The notes below the pieces were generated by a model. That model did not search any database. It was given only the letters and a program-made list of their open reading frames with translations, and was not told the origin of the DNA. 38,785 nt of DNA from a virus: the IMG/VR virus record IMGVR_UViG_3300045988_184596, positions 1-38,785 of that record. The stretch is one strand, 5' to 3'. The position numbers and the translations under genes were made by a program. Position 1 is the first letter of the stretch. Every line of letters begins with the position of its first letter. Below, piece by piece: positions 1-6,662 of this stretch.

Positions 1-432
1 CTAATCCAATAATTCTAGCCCATACTCCATCAAATACTCATTGGTTTCATATACACTCTTATGATTTTCAATACAATAAATCAATAATGCATCTCTTTTT
101 GCTTTTGGATACAACATGCCATTATTAGATAAAGACAATAAGTTGTTTGTCATACGTAAATCTAAGCCTAATCCTAAACTTAACTGAATCACCTTATCTT
201 TATTAGGAACCTTGGATCCATCAAATATTTGATACCCATAATTCCTTTGAATCGTTGTCTTCGATAAAACTTGTGCCTTAGTTACATGTTTAATTTCTAA
301 TATGTGATTTAAATACTGTGAAAAAGTTAAATTATCTAGACTTTCCATTAAAGTATTTAAACCATCACTCTTTGTTTCTTGAATTGTTTTTAATAATTGA
401 TTTGTCTCTGCCATAATACTTATAATATACAC
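1..432 (-). CDS. XRE-family helix-turn-helix regulator (start uncertain; ATG at 412-414 plausible)
   Basis: ORF closed by TAG at 1-3. Segment TKAQVLSKTTIQRNYGYQIFDGSKVPNKDKVIQLSLGL fits the HTH_XRE pattern. May lie outside the prophage. Confidence 0.5.
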   Translation of the reverse strand: MYIISIMAETNQLLKTIQETKSDGLNTLMESLDNLTFSQYLNHILEIKHVTKAQVLSKTTIQRNYGYQIFDGSKVPNKDKVIQLSLGLGLDLRMTNNLLSLSNNGMLYPKAKRDALLIYCIENHKSVYETNEYLMEYGLELLD

Positions 433-537
433 ATTTTAAAGAATAATGTTTCCATGTGTTGTTGTGTATTATCTCGTGTCGCTACATGCCTTTTTATGAT
501 GATATTTTTAATTTAAAATATGCCAAAAAATATGCCA

Positions 538-566
538 ATAAAAAAGCGTACTTCATTTGTACGCTT
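538..566 (-). terminator. rho-independent terminator after 565..744
   Basis: Minus strand reads AAGCGTAC-AAATGAA-GTACGCTT followed by TTTTTTAT. Confidence 0.6.
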
Positions 567-744
567 ATTTCATTCTTGTTAACAATTCTTTTTTTACCAT
601 TTTCAATTCTGCTTCGTTTAGTTCTGTGGGATTTGTAATACTTTTACGATTTAACCCACTGTGAATGATTACTATCTCTTTATTGCCCATTTTCTTAATA
701 TTTCTTTCAAAGTTTTTTAATTTTTCCATTTCTTGTTTTGTCAT
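565..744 (-). CDS. hypothetical 59-aa protein
   Basis: AGGAGGAAACAAGAA then ATG at 742-744. The ORF-track start at 804 lies inside the promoter repeat. Confidence 0.5.
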   Translation of the reverse strand: MTKQEMEKLKNFERNIKKMGNKEIVIIHSGLNRKSITNPTELNEAELKMVKKELLTRMK

Positions 745-772
745 TTCTTGTTTCCTCCTGTGTACCTTAAGT

Positions 773-811
773 ACATATATAGTATAGCATACACGTATAT
801 ACATGTAAAGA
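773..811 (-). promoter_or_regulatory. sigma-A type promoter, copy A of a 39-bp repeat
   Basis: Minus strand TTTACA (804-809), 17-nt spacer, TATACT (781-786). 38/39 identical to 1548-1586. Confidence 0.6.
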
Positions 812-829
812 GTTTTTAAAGAAAACAGA

Positions 830-1012
830 CTATTTTTTTTTAGTCTGCATATCTTTTCGTATCAATTCCTTAATATATCCCATCTTGGAATCAACCTCAT
901 CCAATCTTTTGATAATGTCTGCGTCCGTGTTGTAGCTTAAACGAACACAAATCATCTTTGTATTAATCTTGTTCGATTTACTGTTAGCTCTAAGCTTTGC
1001 TTCTGAAGCCAT
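830..1012 (-). CDS. small ribbon-helix-helix-like protein
   Basis: 60 aa. ICVRLSYNTDADIIKRLDEV..GYIKELIRKD resembles an Arc/CopG beta-strand plus two helices. SD GGAGGTATC before the ATG. Confidence 0.4.
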   Translation of the reverse strand: MASEAKLRANSKSNKINTKMICVRLSYNTDADIIKRLDEVDSKMGYIKELIRKDMQTKKK

Positions 1013-1020
1013 GATACCTC

Positions 1021-1224
1021 CTATTCGCTATACATAAATGCGAAACTATCACTAATCTTTTCTTTTCTTTCAATGTAACCAATCAAGAAATCCCATTGTC
1101 TGCAAGATATTACATCATCCTTGTAATATCTGTTTACGATACCTTTCAATTCTTCTTCACTGATTACATCCATCTTTTCATTTACTTCTTTACATACTTT
1201 TTGCAATTGCTTTAAATTTGTCAT
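1021..1224 (-). CDS. hypothetical protein
   Basis: 67-aa ORF with AGGAGGAAACAGAA then ATG. Confidence 0.5.
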   Translation of the reverse strand: MTNLKQLQKVCKEVNEKMDVISEEELKGIVNRYYKDDVISCRQWDFLIGYIERKEKISDSFAFMYSE

Positions 1225-1247
1225 TTCTGTTTCCTCCTATATATGTA

Positions 1248-1337
1248 TTACTTAATAAGCCAAACAACTAACAATGCAATTCCTAATACAATTACAATTA
1301 CATCTAGAATCGTTTTTACTTTCTGCAATCTTTCCAT
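1248..1337 (-). CDS. 29-aa single-TM hydrophobic peptide
   Basis: My translation: MERLQKVKTILDVIVIVLGIALLVVWLIK. AAAGGAGGAACAAGAA precedes the ATG at 1335-1337. Confidence 0.45.
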   Translation of the reverse strand: MERLQKVKTILDVIVIVLGIALLVVWLIK

Positions 1338-1385
1338 TTCTTGTTCCTCCTTTTATGTGGTACAATGAAGTAAAGAGTTAGGGAA

Positions 1386-1508
1386 TCAGTTCCCCAAGCT
1401 CTTTATAATTGTTATTGCGAATGCGAGAATTTCAATAACATTTTTAGCAATCTCTAAGTAGATATTCACGGTTTCTGCTTTGCGATTGCTTTTTTTCTTT
1501 GTTTTCAT
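1386..1508 (-). CDS. 40-aa basic N-terminus / hydrophobic C-terminus peptide
   Basis: My translation: MKTKKKSNRKAETVNIYLEIAKNVIEILAFAITIIKSLGN. AGGAGGTTAAAT precedes the ATG at 1506-1508. Lies downstream of promoter copy B. Confidence 0.45.
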   Translation of the reverse strand: MKTKKKSNRKAETVNIYLEIAKNVIEILAFAITIIKSLGN

Positions 1509-1547
1509 ATTTAACCTCCTAAAACAAATATCCTTGTCTTTCTGACC

Positions 1548-1586
1548 ACATATATAGTATAACATACACGTATATACATGTAAAGA
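1548..1586 (-). promoter_or_regulatory. sigma-A type promoter, copy B of the 39-bp repeat
   Basis: Same TTTACA-17-TATACT architecture as 773-811. Confidence 0.6.
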
Positions 1587-1674
1587 ACTTTTTTAGGAAA
1601 AATAAAAAAAGCCCTGTATAAACAGAACTCCCTTAAATTAATATCAAAATGAATATTAACCTCAAAGCCATATA

Positions 1675-1692
1675 AATTATAGCACATAAAAG
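1675..1692 (-). promoter_or_regulatory. extended -10 element (TGTGCTATAAT), copy 1 of an 18-bp direct repeat
   Basis: AATTATAGCACATAAAAG is identical to 2544-2561. Minus strand reads CTTTTATGTGCTATAATT. Confidence 0.45.
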
Positions 1693-1695
1693 CAA

Positions 1696-1719
1696 AGACC
1701 GTACAGAATTATACGGTCT
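1696..1719 (-). terminator. terminator downstream of the endolysin
   Basis: Minus strand AGACCGTA-TAATTCTG-TACGGTCT followed by TTGCTTTTAT. Confidence 0.6.
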
Positions 1720-1756
1720 AATATACGAAAAATAAGTTGAAGGTTTTATATGTAAT

Positions 1757-2518
1757 TTATGCTACTTCAATTAATGGACCACAATTTACCCAAATTCCAC
1801 CGATTTTCGCAAGGTTCTTTTGTGCGTTGACTTCATCAACACGAATTCTTGTAACGTAGACAACGGCATTTGTGGTATGCAATACGTTATCATTATATCC
1901 ATCAGAGTAGCGAACTTTGTCAACCATACGAATTGGAAACCAACCACCTAATTGTGCAAGGTATGCGCATAAATCGCCATTGATTTGTTTCAATCCTTGA
2001 TTGCCAATCTTCATTTGAACTGATGTTACGTAGCTTCCTGCGTGCAAGATTTGGTCAATTGCTTCTACAGGTTGTGGAATGCTTGGTTTAACTGCTCCTG
2101 TGTTTGCGAAACATTTAGGTCTAAACGCAGTATCAAATGTTGCATAATAAGGCAATTTAATTAAATTGAATGCTCCACCTTTTCCACCTTGATTTTGACC
2201 CAAGAACCATCCTTGCTTTCCGTCAATATCAGAATCAAAGATTGCGATATGTGAGTATGGAGTCCATCCTGCTACTTCTTTAAATACCGCAATGTCTCCC
2301 GGTTGCATAATTGAGACTTCATTACAGTAATTCAAGATACCATTTGTTTTTCGATTGTTCCAAATGTCTTTTACAAATTTGCTTGTTGTACAATGGATAG
2401 CCTTATATCCTAAATCAATCATGTACTTTGTGAATCCGTCCCAACACTGCGCACCATAATATCCGTCAATGTCGAATGCTTTGCCTAATACGGCTTCTTT
2501 AAAACTTTGATAATTTAT
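1757..2518 (-). CDS. CHAP-domain endolysin with C-terminal wall-binding region; proposed ATA start at 2516-2518
   Basis: The frame is open upstream of the ORF-track ATG (2420-2422). It encodes INYQSFKEAVLGKAFDIDGYYGAQCWDGFTKY, carrying the CHAP catalytic Cys. His motif is in YSHIAIFD. AAAGGAGGA lies 10 nt before the ATA. Confidence 0.85.
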   Translation of the reverse strand: MNYQSFKEAVLGKAFDIDGYYGAQCWDGFTKYMIDLGYKAIHCTTSKFVKDIWNNRKTNGILNYCNEVSIMQPGDIAVFKEVAGWTPYSHIAIFDSDIDGKQGWFLGQNQGGKGGAFNLIKLPYYATFDTAFRPKCFANTGAVKPSIPQPVEAIDQILHAGSYVTSVQMKIGNQGLKQINGDLCAYLAQLGGWFPIRMVDKVRYSDGYNDNVLHTTNAVVYVTRIRVDEVNAQKNLAKIGGIWVNCGPLIEVA

Positions 2519-2543
2519 TAAAAAAAATCCTCCTTTATGTACT

Positions 2544-2561
2544 AATTATAGCACATAAAAG
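2544..2561 (-). promoter_or_regulatory. extended -10 promoter for the endolysin, copy 2 of the 18-bp repeat
   Basis: Minus strand TGTGCTATAAT about 25 nt upstream of the endolysin SD. Confidence 0.5.
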
Positions 2562-2571
2562 AGGTTTTTTA

Positions 2572-3009
2572 TCACTGATATACAGAGAACATTTCTCTTA
2601 ATTTATCTCTTACCATTTCTCTTTCTTCTTGAAAGTCGCTAGACGTTTTCATTTCTTCTAAGATTCCATACATAGCGCTCAAAAAAGCTTCTAACTCACG
2701 AATAGATGTTCGTTTATCAATTTCATTGTTATCTTTTCGATATTCTTTTTTTGCTTCTATGTATTTTCTAAAATGGCTATTCATCAATGCAATATTATCA
2801 TCAATTTCTGTCCCTTCAATATCCGTATCATTTGTTTTCAATGCGTTTATAGCAGTTCTTCCATCACTCATAGCCAATATTGTATCAATGTCTTTGATGT
2901 TGTCTAAGGCTTGGCTCATGACTTTAAAATCTAAATCATTGTATCCTCTTTCTAGTCCTCTCATTGCTTCCGTTAAGAGGTCTAGATTCCTTTTTCTAAC
3001 CTCTTGCAT
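2572..3009 (-). CDS. hypothetical all-helical acidic protein (cargo)
   Basis: 145-aa ORF. ATG preceded by TAGGTG. Confidence 0.6.
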   Translation of the reverse strand: MQEVRKRNLDLLTEAMRGLERGYNDLDFKVMSQALDNIKDIDTILAMSDGRTAINALKTNDTDIEGTEIDDNIALMNSHFRKYIEAKKEYRKDNNEIDKRTSIRELEAFLSAMYGILEEMKTSSDFQEEREMVRDKLREMFSVYQ

Positions 3010-3016
3010 GATACAC

Positions 3017-3436
3017 CTACGCTAATTTCTTAATGATGATATTTGCATTCTGAACAGATAAATCTAAGCCACTGTTATTTCCTAATGTAATTGTGTAAGA
3101 AGCTCCACAAGGTACTTGAATCAATGTAGCCCCACTTACATTTCCGTATGCACTTGCAGTAGCTACATTATATAAAGATTGTGTTCCGCCTACAATTTCT
3201 CCATTCTGTTCTAACTCTAAAGAAGCGACTCCTACTGTTGCACTTGTGATGTCTGCCGTATATTCTACTTCATAAATTCCTTGTTTTGTTAATGTAAATA
3301 GTCCACTACCTACATCATGAGCAAGCCAACCTTTACATGCACATTGGCAGGATTTAGTTCTTACTCTGTCCGTTGGAAATAATACATTTTGTCCGTTTGC
3401 TACTGTCTGTACTGCCGTTGCTATACTATTAATCAT
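3017..3436 (-). CDS. BclA C-terminal-domain-like (TNF/C1q-type jelly-roll) protein
   Basis: GLFTLTKQGIYEVEYTADITSATVG..LELEQNGEIVGG...NANIIIKKLA parallels, from my recollection, the BclA CTD (..ETGFYKITV..IQVNGVPV..SASIIIEKVA). No collagen repeats. AGGAGGAAAAGAAAA precedes the ATG. Confidence 0.5.
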   Translation of the reverse strand: MINSIATAVQTVANGQNVLFPTDRVRTKSCQCACKGWLAHDVGSGLFTLTKQGIYEVEYTADITSATVGVASLELEQNGEIVGGTQSLYNVATASAYGNVSGATLIQVPCGASYTITLGNNSGLDLSVQNANIIIKKLA

Positions 3437-3462
3437 TTTTCTTTTCCTCCTATAAAATAAAT

Positions 3463-3482
3463 GGGTAGCCTTTCGACTACCC
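3463..3482 (-). terminator. intra-cargo terminator
   Basis: Minus strand GGGTAG-TCGAAAGG-CTACCC followed by ATTTATTTTAT. Confidence 0.5.
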
Positions 3483-3517
3483 TATAATCCAAAGGCTATT
3501 GCCTAATCTCTTTCGAG

Positions 3518-4129
3518 CTAGATTTGGTTACATCCACAACCTGTCATATTATACGCATAATAAGGTGAGCAAGTAAGATATGCAGGTTTTGGCGTTGGTT
3601 GCAATGTGTTAATGATATTAGCAGATTGTGCCTGTTGACTTAATTGGAAGTTTGCAGTCAATAAATCTCGGTCTCTGTCTGCTAATTTATCACGCAACTC
3701 TTGCATTGTGTTAGCATTAATCAATGCTCTTGTTGCTTCGCCTTCTGAGTGAATCGCAGTGGTAATATCACACGTATTCTTGAAGCTCTGTGTATTTACA
3801 CCATCAATCGCTCTTTGAGTCGCACAACAACATTCTTGGTTCTGTTGACCTAGATTCTGCAAACCTAATTGTGTCGTGTATCGGCTTTCTAAAATGTCTC
3901 TTGAATTTTGGAAACCTTGGCTAGATACATTCTGATTTGTGTTGAATAAATCACGCTTAATAAATTCTTGATTCATTAATTCATCATTCTGCAAGTTGCC
4001 ATTGTTACCCCAATTTCCACCAAAAAGTAAGAATAAAAGGATAATCCAAATCCAATATCCTCCACCAAATTCATTGTTGTTTCTGTCTGCTAAATCGTAC
4101 ATTGGTTGAATACCATTCATGCTTTCCAT
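3518..4129 (-). CDS. single-pass membrane protein with Q/N-rich ectodomain and Cys clusters (CCC, CGC)
   Basis: 203 aa. TM segment GGGYWIWIILLFLLFGG. Motifs QECCCATQ and TGCGCNQI. AAAGGAGGAAATATAA precedes the ATG. Confidence 0.6.
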   Translation of the reverse strand: MESMNGIQPMYDLADRNNNEFGGGYWIWIILLFLLFGGNWGNNGNLQNDELMNQEFIKRDLFNTNQNVSSQGFQNSRDILESRYTTQLGLQNLGQQNQECCCATQRAIDGVNTQSFKNTCDITTAIHSEGEATRALINANTMQELRDKLADRDRDLLTANFQLSQQAQSANIINTLQPTPKPAYLTCSPYYAYNMTGCGCNQI

Positions 4130-4153
4130 TTATATTTCCTCCTTTCAACGCAA

Positions 4154-4363
4154 TTAGCGTTTTAGCCCATATTGACTAGCCACATTTTCAAACTGTTGCT
4201 TCTGTTGTGGCGTTAAATTCCCCATCATATTACTTAGCAATACTTGGGGATTCTGCCCACTCTGCATTAATTGTTGTAATTGATTAAATGCTTGTGGGTT
4301 TCTTTGTTGCAACATACCCATCAACATTTGTTGAGGGTTCATCATATTCATTAAAGGATTCAC
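4154..4363 (-). CDS. small Q/M/N-rich protein
   Basis: 69 aa. AAAGGAGC, 7 nt, then GTG start overlapping the upstream stop (GTGA). Confidence 0.55.
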   Translation of the reverse strand: MNPLMNMMNPQQMLMGMLQQRNPQAFNQLQQLMQSGQNPQVLLSNMMGNLTPQQKQQFENVASQYGLKR

Positions 4364-4785
4364 GCTTTAAGCTCCTTTCTAGGCGTTTCTTTCTCTGCCT
4401 TTGTATTTATATTACTTCCGTTTGTTAGACCTAATATCATAGCTTCTAGCTTGTCTAAGCGTTGTTCTATGTTGTCTTTCTTTGGCTCTGTTTCTTCTTG
4501 GAATCTGTATTTTTTGAAACTGCCGTCTAAAGACTTCATATAGAATACTGAATCATTTCTATCTAGCATAATACTAGGCAAACTATTCACCATCATATTC
4601 CTTGCTTCTTGTTCATTATTGACCCACTTACCATTAAAATCATTTAATCCCACGTTAGGCGTGATTTGGTTGTTAATATTAATAGGCGGAATATTTGCTA
4701 ACTGTTGAATGTTTTGTAACTGTGATTCAATCATTTGCTTTTGATTCATTAAATTGTTAATTCTGTCATTAATTGGATTATACAT
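4360..4785 (-). CDS. hypothetical protein with coiled-coil N-terminus (cargo)
   Basis: AAGAGGTGAGCGAA then ATG at 4783-4785. GTG at 4792-4794 is an alternative start. Confidence 0.55.
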   Translation of the reverse strand: MYNPINDRINNLMNQKQMIESQLQNIQQLANIPPININNQITPNVGLNDFNGKWVNNEQEARNMMVNSLPSIMLDRNDSVFYMKSLDGSFKKYRFQEETEPKKDNIEQRLDKLEAMILGLTNGSNINTKAEKETPRKELKA

Positions 4786-4809
4786 TTCGCTCACCTCTTT
4801 ACACTCCTA

Positions 4810-4815
4810 ATTATA
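4810..4815 (-). promoter_or_regulatory. candidate -10 (TATAAT) for the cargo operon
   Basis: Perfect TATAAT on the minus strand between terminator 4864-4889 and the cargo SD. No convincing -35. Confidence 0.3.
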
Positions 4816-4863
4816 TTCATAGGCAGTCTCAGTTTGTTTTCACATTAATATCAGATAAATGTC

Positions 4864-4889
4864 AAAAAAAAGAGGCTTTTCAACCTCTT
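4864..4889 (-). terminator. strong terminator ending the late operon
   Basis: Minus strand AAGAGG-TTGAAAAG-CCTCTT followed by eight T. Overlaps the stop of 4888..5154. Confidence 0.7.
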
Positions 4890-5154
4890 AATTCTTATCT
4901 AGATACATTTCTTTTTCACTGCTTTTTCTTGGTGGTAGGACTGCGCTATACTTCTCTACTTCATCATACTTGTTCTTTATTCTTTTGATGATTCTATTCA
5001 CACTAGAAACACTCATATTCAATCTATCGGCTTGTTCTCTGACTGTCCATCCGTATATTCTAGTTCTTAAAATCATTTCTTCATCTTTAGTTAATAAAGC
5101 TAGATTAATAAATTCTTCAAGAATAATCTTATTCCAGGGTACTTGATTCGTCAT
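4888..5154 (-). CDS. sigma-70 region-4-like / LuxR-type HTH small regulator
   Basis: 88 aa. LLTKDEEMILRTRIYGWTVREQADRLNMSVSSVNRIIKRIKNK fits the region 4 HTH pattern. Confidence 0.5.
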   Translation of the reverse strand: MTNQVPWNKIILEEFINLALLTKDEEMILRTRIYGWTVREQADRLNMSVSSVNRIIKRIKNKYDEVEKYSAVLPPRKSSEKEMYLDKN

Positions 5155-5635
5155 TTTCTTGTTCTTCGTTAACGAGTTTATCTGCTACTTCTAATCCTTT
5201 AGTTAATGCTTTTGGTACATTGTAACCACATTGTAATAAATTCTCCATAACGCTACGAGATTCATTAATACATAGCGAAGCTAACACAAACCAACCTAGC
5301 AATGTAGATACATGGAAATCAATTCCTAGAATTTCTCCTACTTCTACTAGAAACGCACTGAATGTGAACGCAACCACAATCATAATCCAATAGCCTAACT
5401 TTTTTAAAACACCTGTCCAACCTTTGTTGCTATTGATTTTATGAGCGATAGCCGATTTCATGCATCCTGTAATATAATCCACTACATTCATAAATAAGAA
5501 GAATGCGAATAAATACCAATGTTCACCTAATACGTATGTTAATACGGCTACGGCAACACCACACATTGCATTAATCTTATCTAGAAAAAACATACTTCTT
5601 GCTATTTGTTTAAATCCTCCATTTTTCTTTTCTAT
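5129..5635 (-). CDS. holin (TcdE / Holin_4_1-like family); proposed ATA start at 5633-5635
   Basis: Several TM segments. KGWTGVLKKLGYW and CINESRSVMENL motifs. TAAGGAG overlaps the ORF-track GTG; an in-frame ATA lies 8 nt after AAGGAG. Confidence 0.75.
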   Translation of the reverse strand: MEKKNGGFKQIARSMFFLDKINAMCGVAVAVLTYVLGEHWYLFAFFLFMNVVDYITGCMKSAIAHKINSNKGWTGVLKKLGYWIMIVVAFTFSAFLVEVGEILGIDFHVSTLLGWFVLASLCINESRSVMENLLQCGYNVPKALTKGLEVADKLVNEEQENDESSTLE

Positions 5636-5647
5636 TAAATTCACTCC

Positions 5648-6661
5648 TTACATGATTTTTAAATTATCAACCTCTAATTCTAAGGTTCTATATCCACTTT
5701 TAATGACTTCAAATATATTTCTAATTCTCGCAGTCATTACTAGTCCAATATCTGCTACTATAACATCAACTTTATCACCTAAATCAAAATCAACCTTGTA
5801 TTCGTATGAATCAGTATTCAATCCAAAATTCACATTTTCTTGAATTTGACAATCCGCTAGTTTTTCAATTCCTTTCTGAATAAGCACCTTTTTATATTCA
5901 TCAAGTGTCACATCATCCATCATACGCTCAGAACGTGCGTCTACGAATAACTTTTTGATTCTTTCATTCTTATCTATTCTAGCGTCATATTCAACGTATA
6001 TACGCTCTTCTGACTGTCCTTCGCCACAAATGATTGCATAGTTCTTGTATTTACTTGAGTCAATCATTACATCCGGTTCTTCAATGTTTCCAAACTCTGT
6101 AGAGAATGTAACAAAGTTGTTTCCATCTACATTGTTCTGAGTTAAATCACGCCCTCGATACAACACGAATGTGAACGTACTTGATACATAGTCATATTCT
6201 ATACGGAAAGACAATTCTAACGGATAGAGTAACTCATATAACTTCTTATCTAGGTTCTCTCCTGTTTCTTGAAAGTCTACTCTATCTGTGATGGATTCAT
6301 CATATCTATATCCCATTTTCCATGAGCAATACTTGTCTAATAGCTTTTTGACCACATCAACAATTTTTCCGCTACTTGAGAATGTAGGATAAATACAATC
6401 ATCTGCTAGAATCTTTTCAAAGAAAGAACCTTTTAATAGCATTTGTTTCGTGTTGTTTGAAACGGAATAATGCGGTATTTCTACAATTCCTAACTCTTTA
6501 TCCTCAGTTGAATAAATATATTTGATATTGCTCGAATACTGCCCTATATCAATATAAATCTCGAAATCTCCTGTTTCATAATATCGCCGATTCCACTGCA
6601 CATTATAAGGTGCTAGATGTGTAACGATATTGAAATCTTTATCTAATCCAAAATAAGACAT
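5648..6661 (-). CDS. tail-tip/baseplate protein (Sipho_Gp37 / Tal N-terminal-like)
   Basis: Position directly after Dit. N-terminus ...YNVQWNRRYYETGDFEIYI... is typical of this family. Only 337 aa, with no C-terminal extension. Confidence 0.6.
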   Translation of the reverse strand: MSYFGLDKDFNIVTHLAPYNVQWNRRYYETGDFEIYIDIGQYSSNIKYIYSTEDKELGIVEIPHYSVSNNTKQMLLKGSFFEKILADDCIYPTFSSSGKIVDVVKKLLDKYCSWKMGYRYDESITDRVDFQETGENLDKKLYELLYPLELSFRIEYDYVSSTFTFVLYRGRDLTQNNVDGNNFVTFSTEFGNIEEPDVMIDSSKYKNYAIICGEGQSEERIYVEYDARIDKNERIKKLFVDARSERMMDDVTLDEYKKVLIQKGIEKLADCQIQENVNFGLNTDSYEYKVDFDLGDKVDVIVADIGLVMTARIRNIFEVIKSGYRTLELEVDNLKIM

Positions 6662-6662
6662 A

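Noticed and set aside
433-1756. Attempt to locate att core repeats by comparing the left flank with 37464-37687.
   Set aside because: I found no convincing shared direct repeat by eye. The integrase reaches the window edge, so the att site may lie outside the window. Prophage boundaries are left undetermined.
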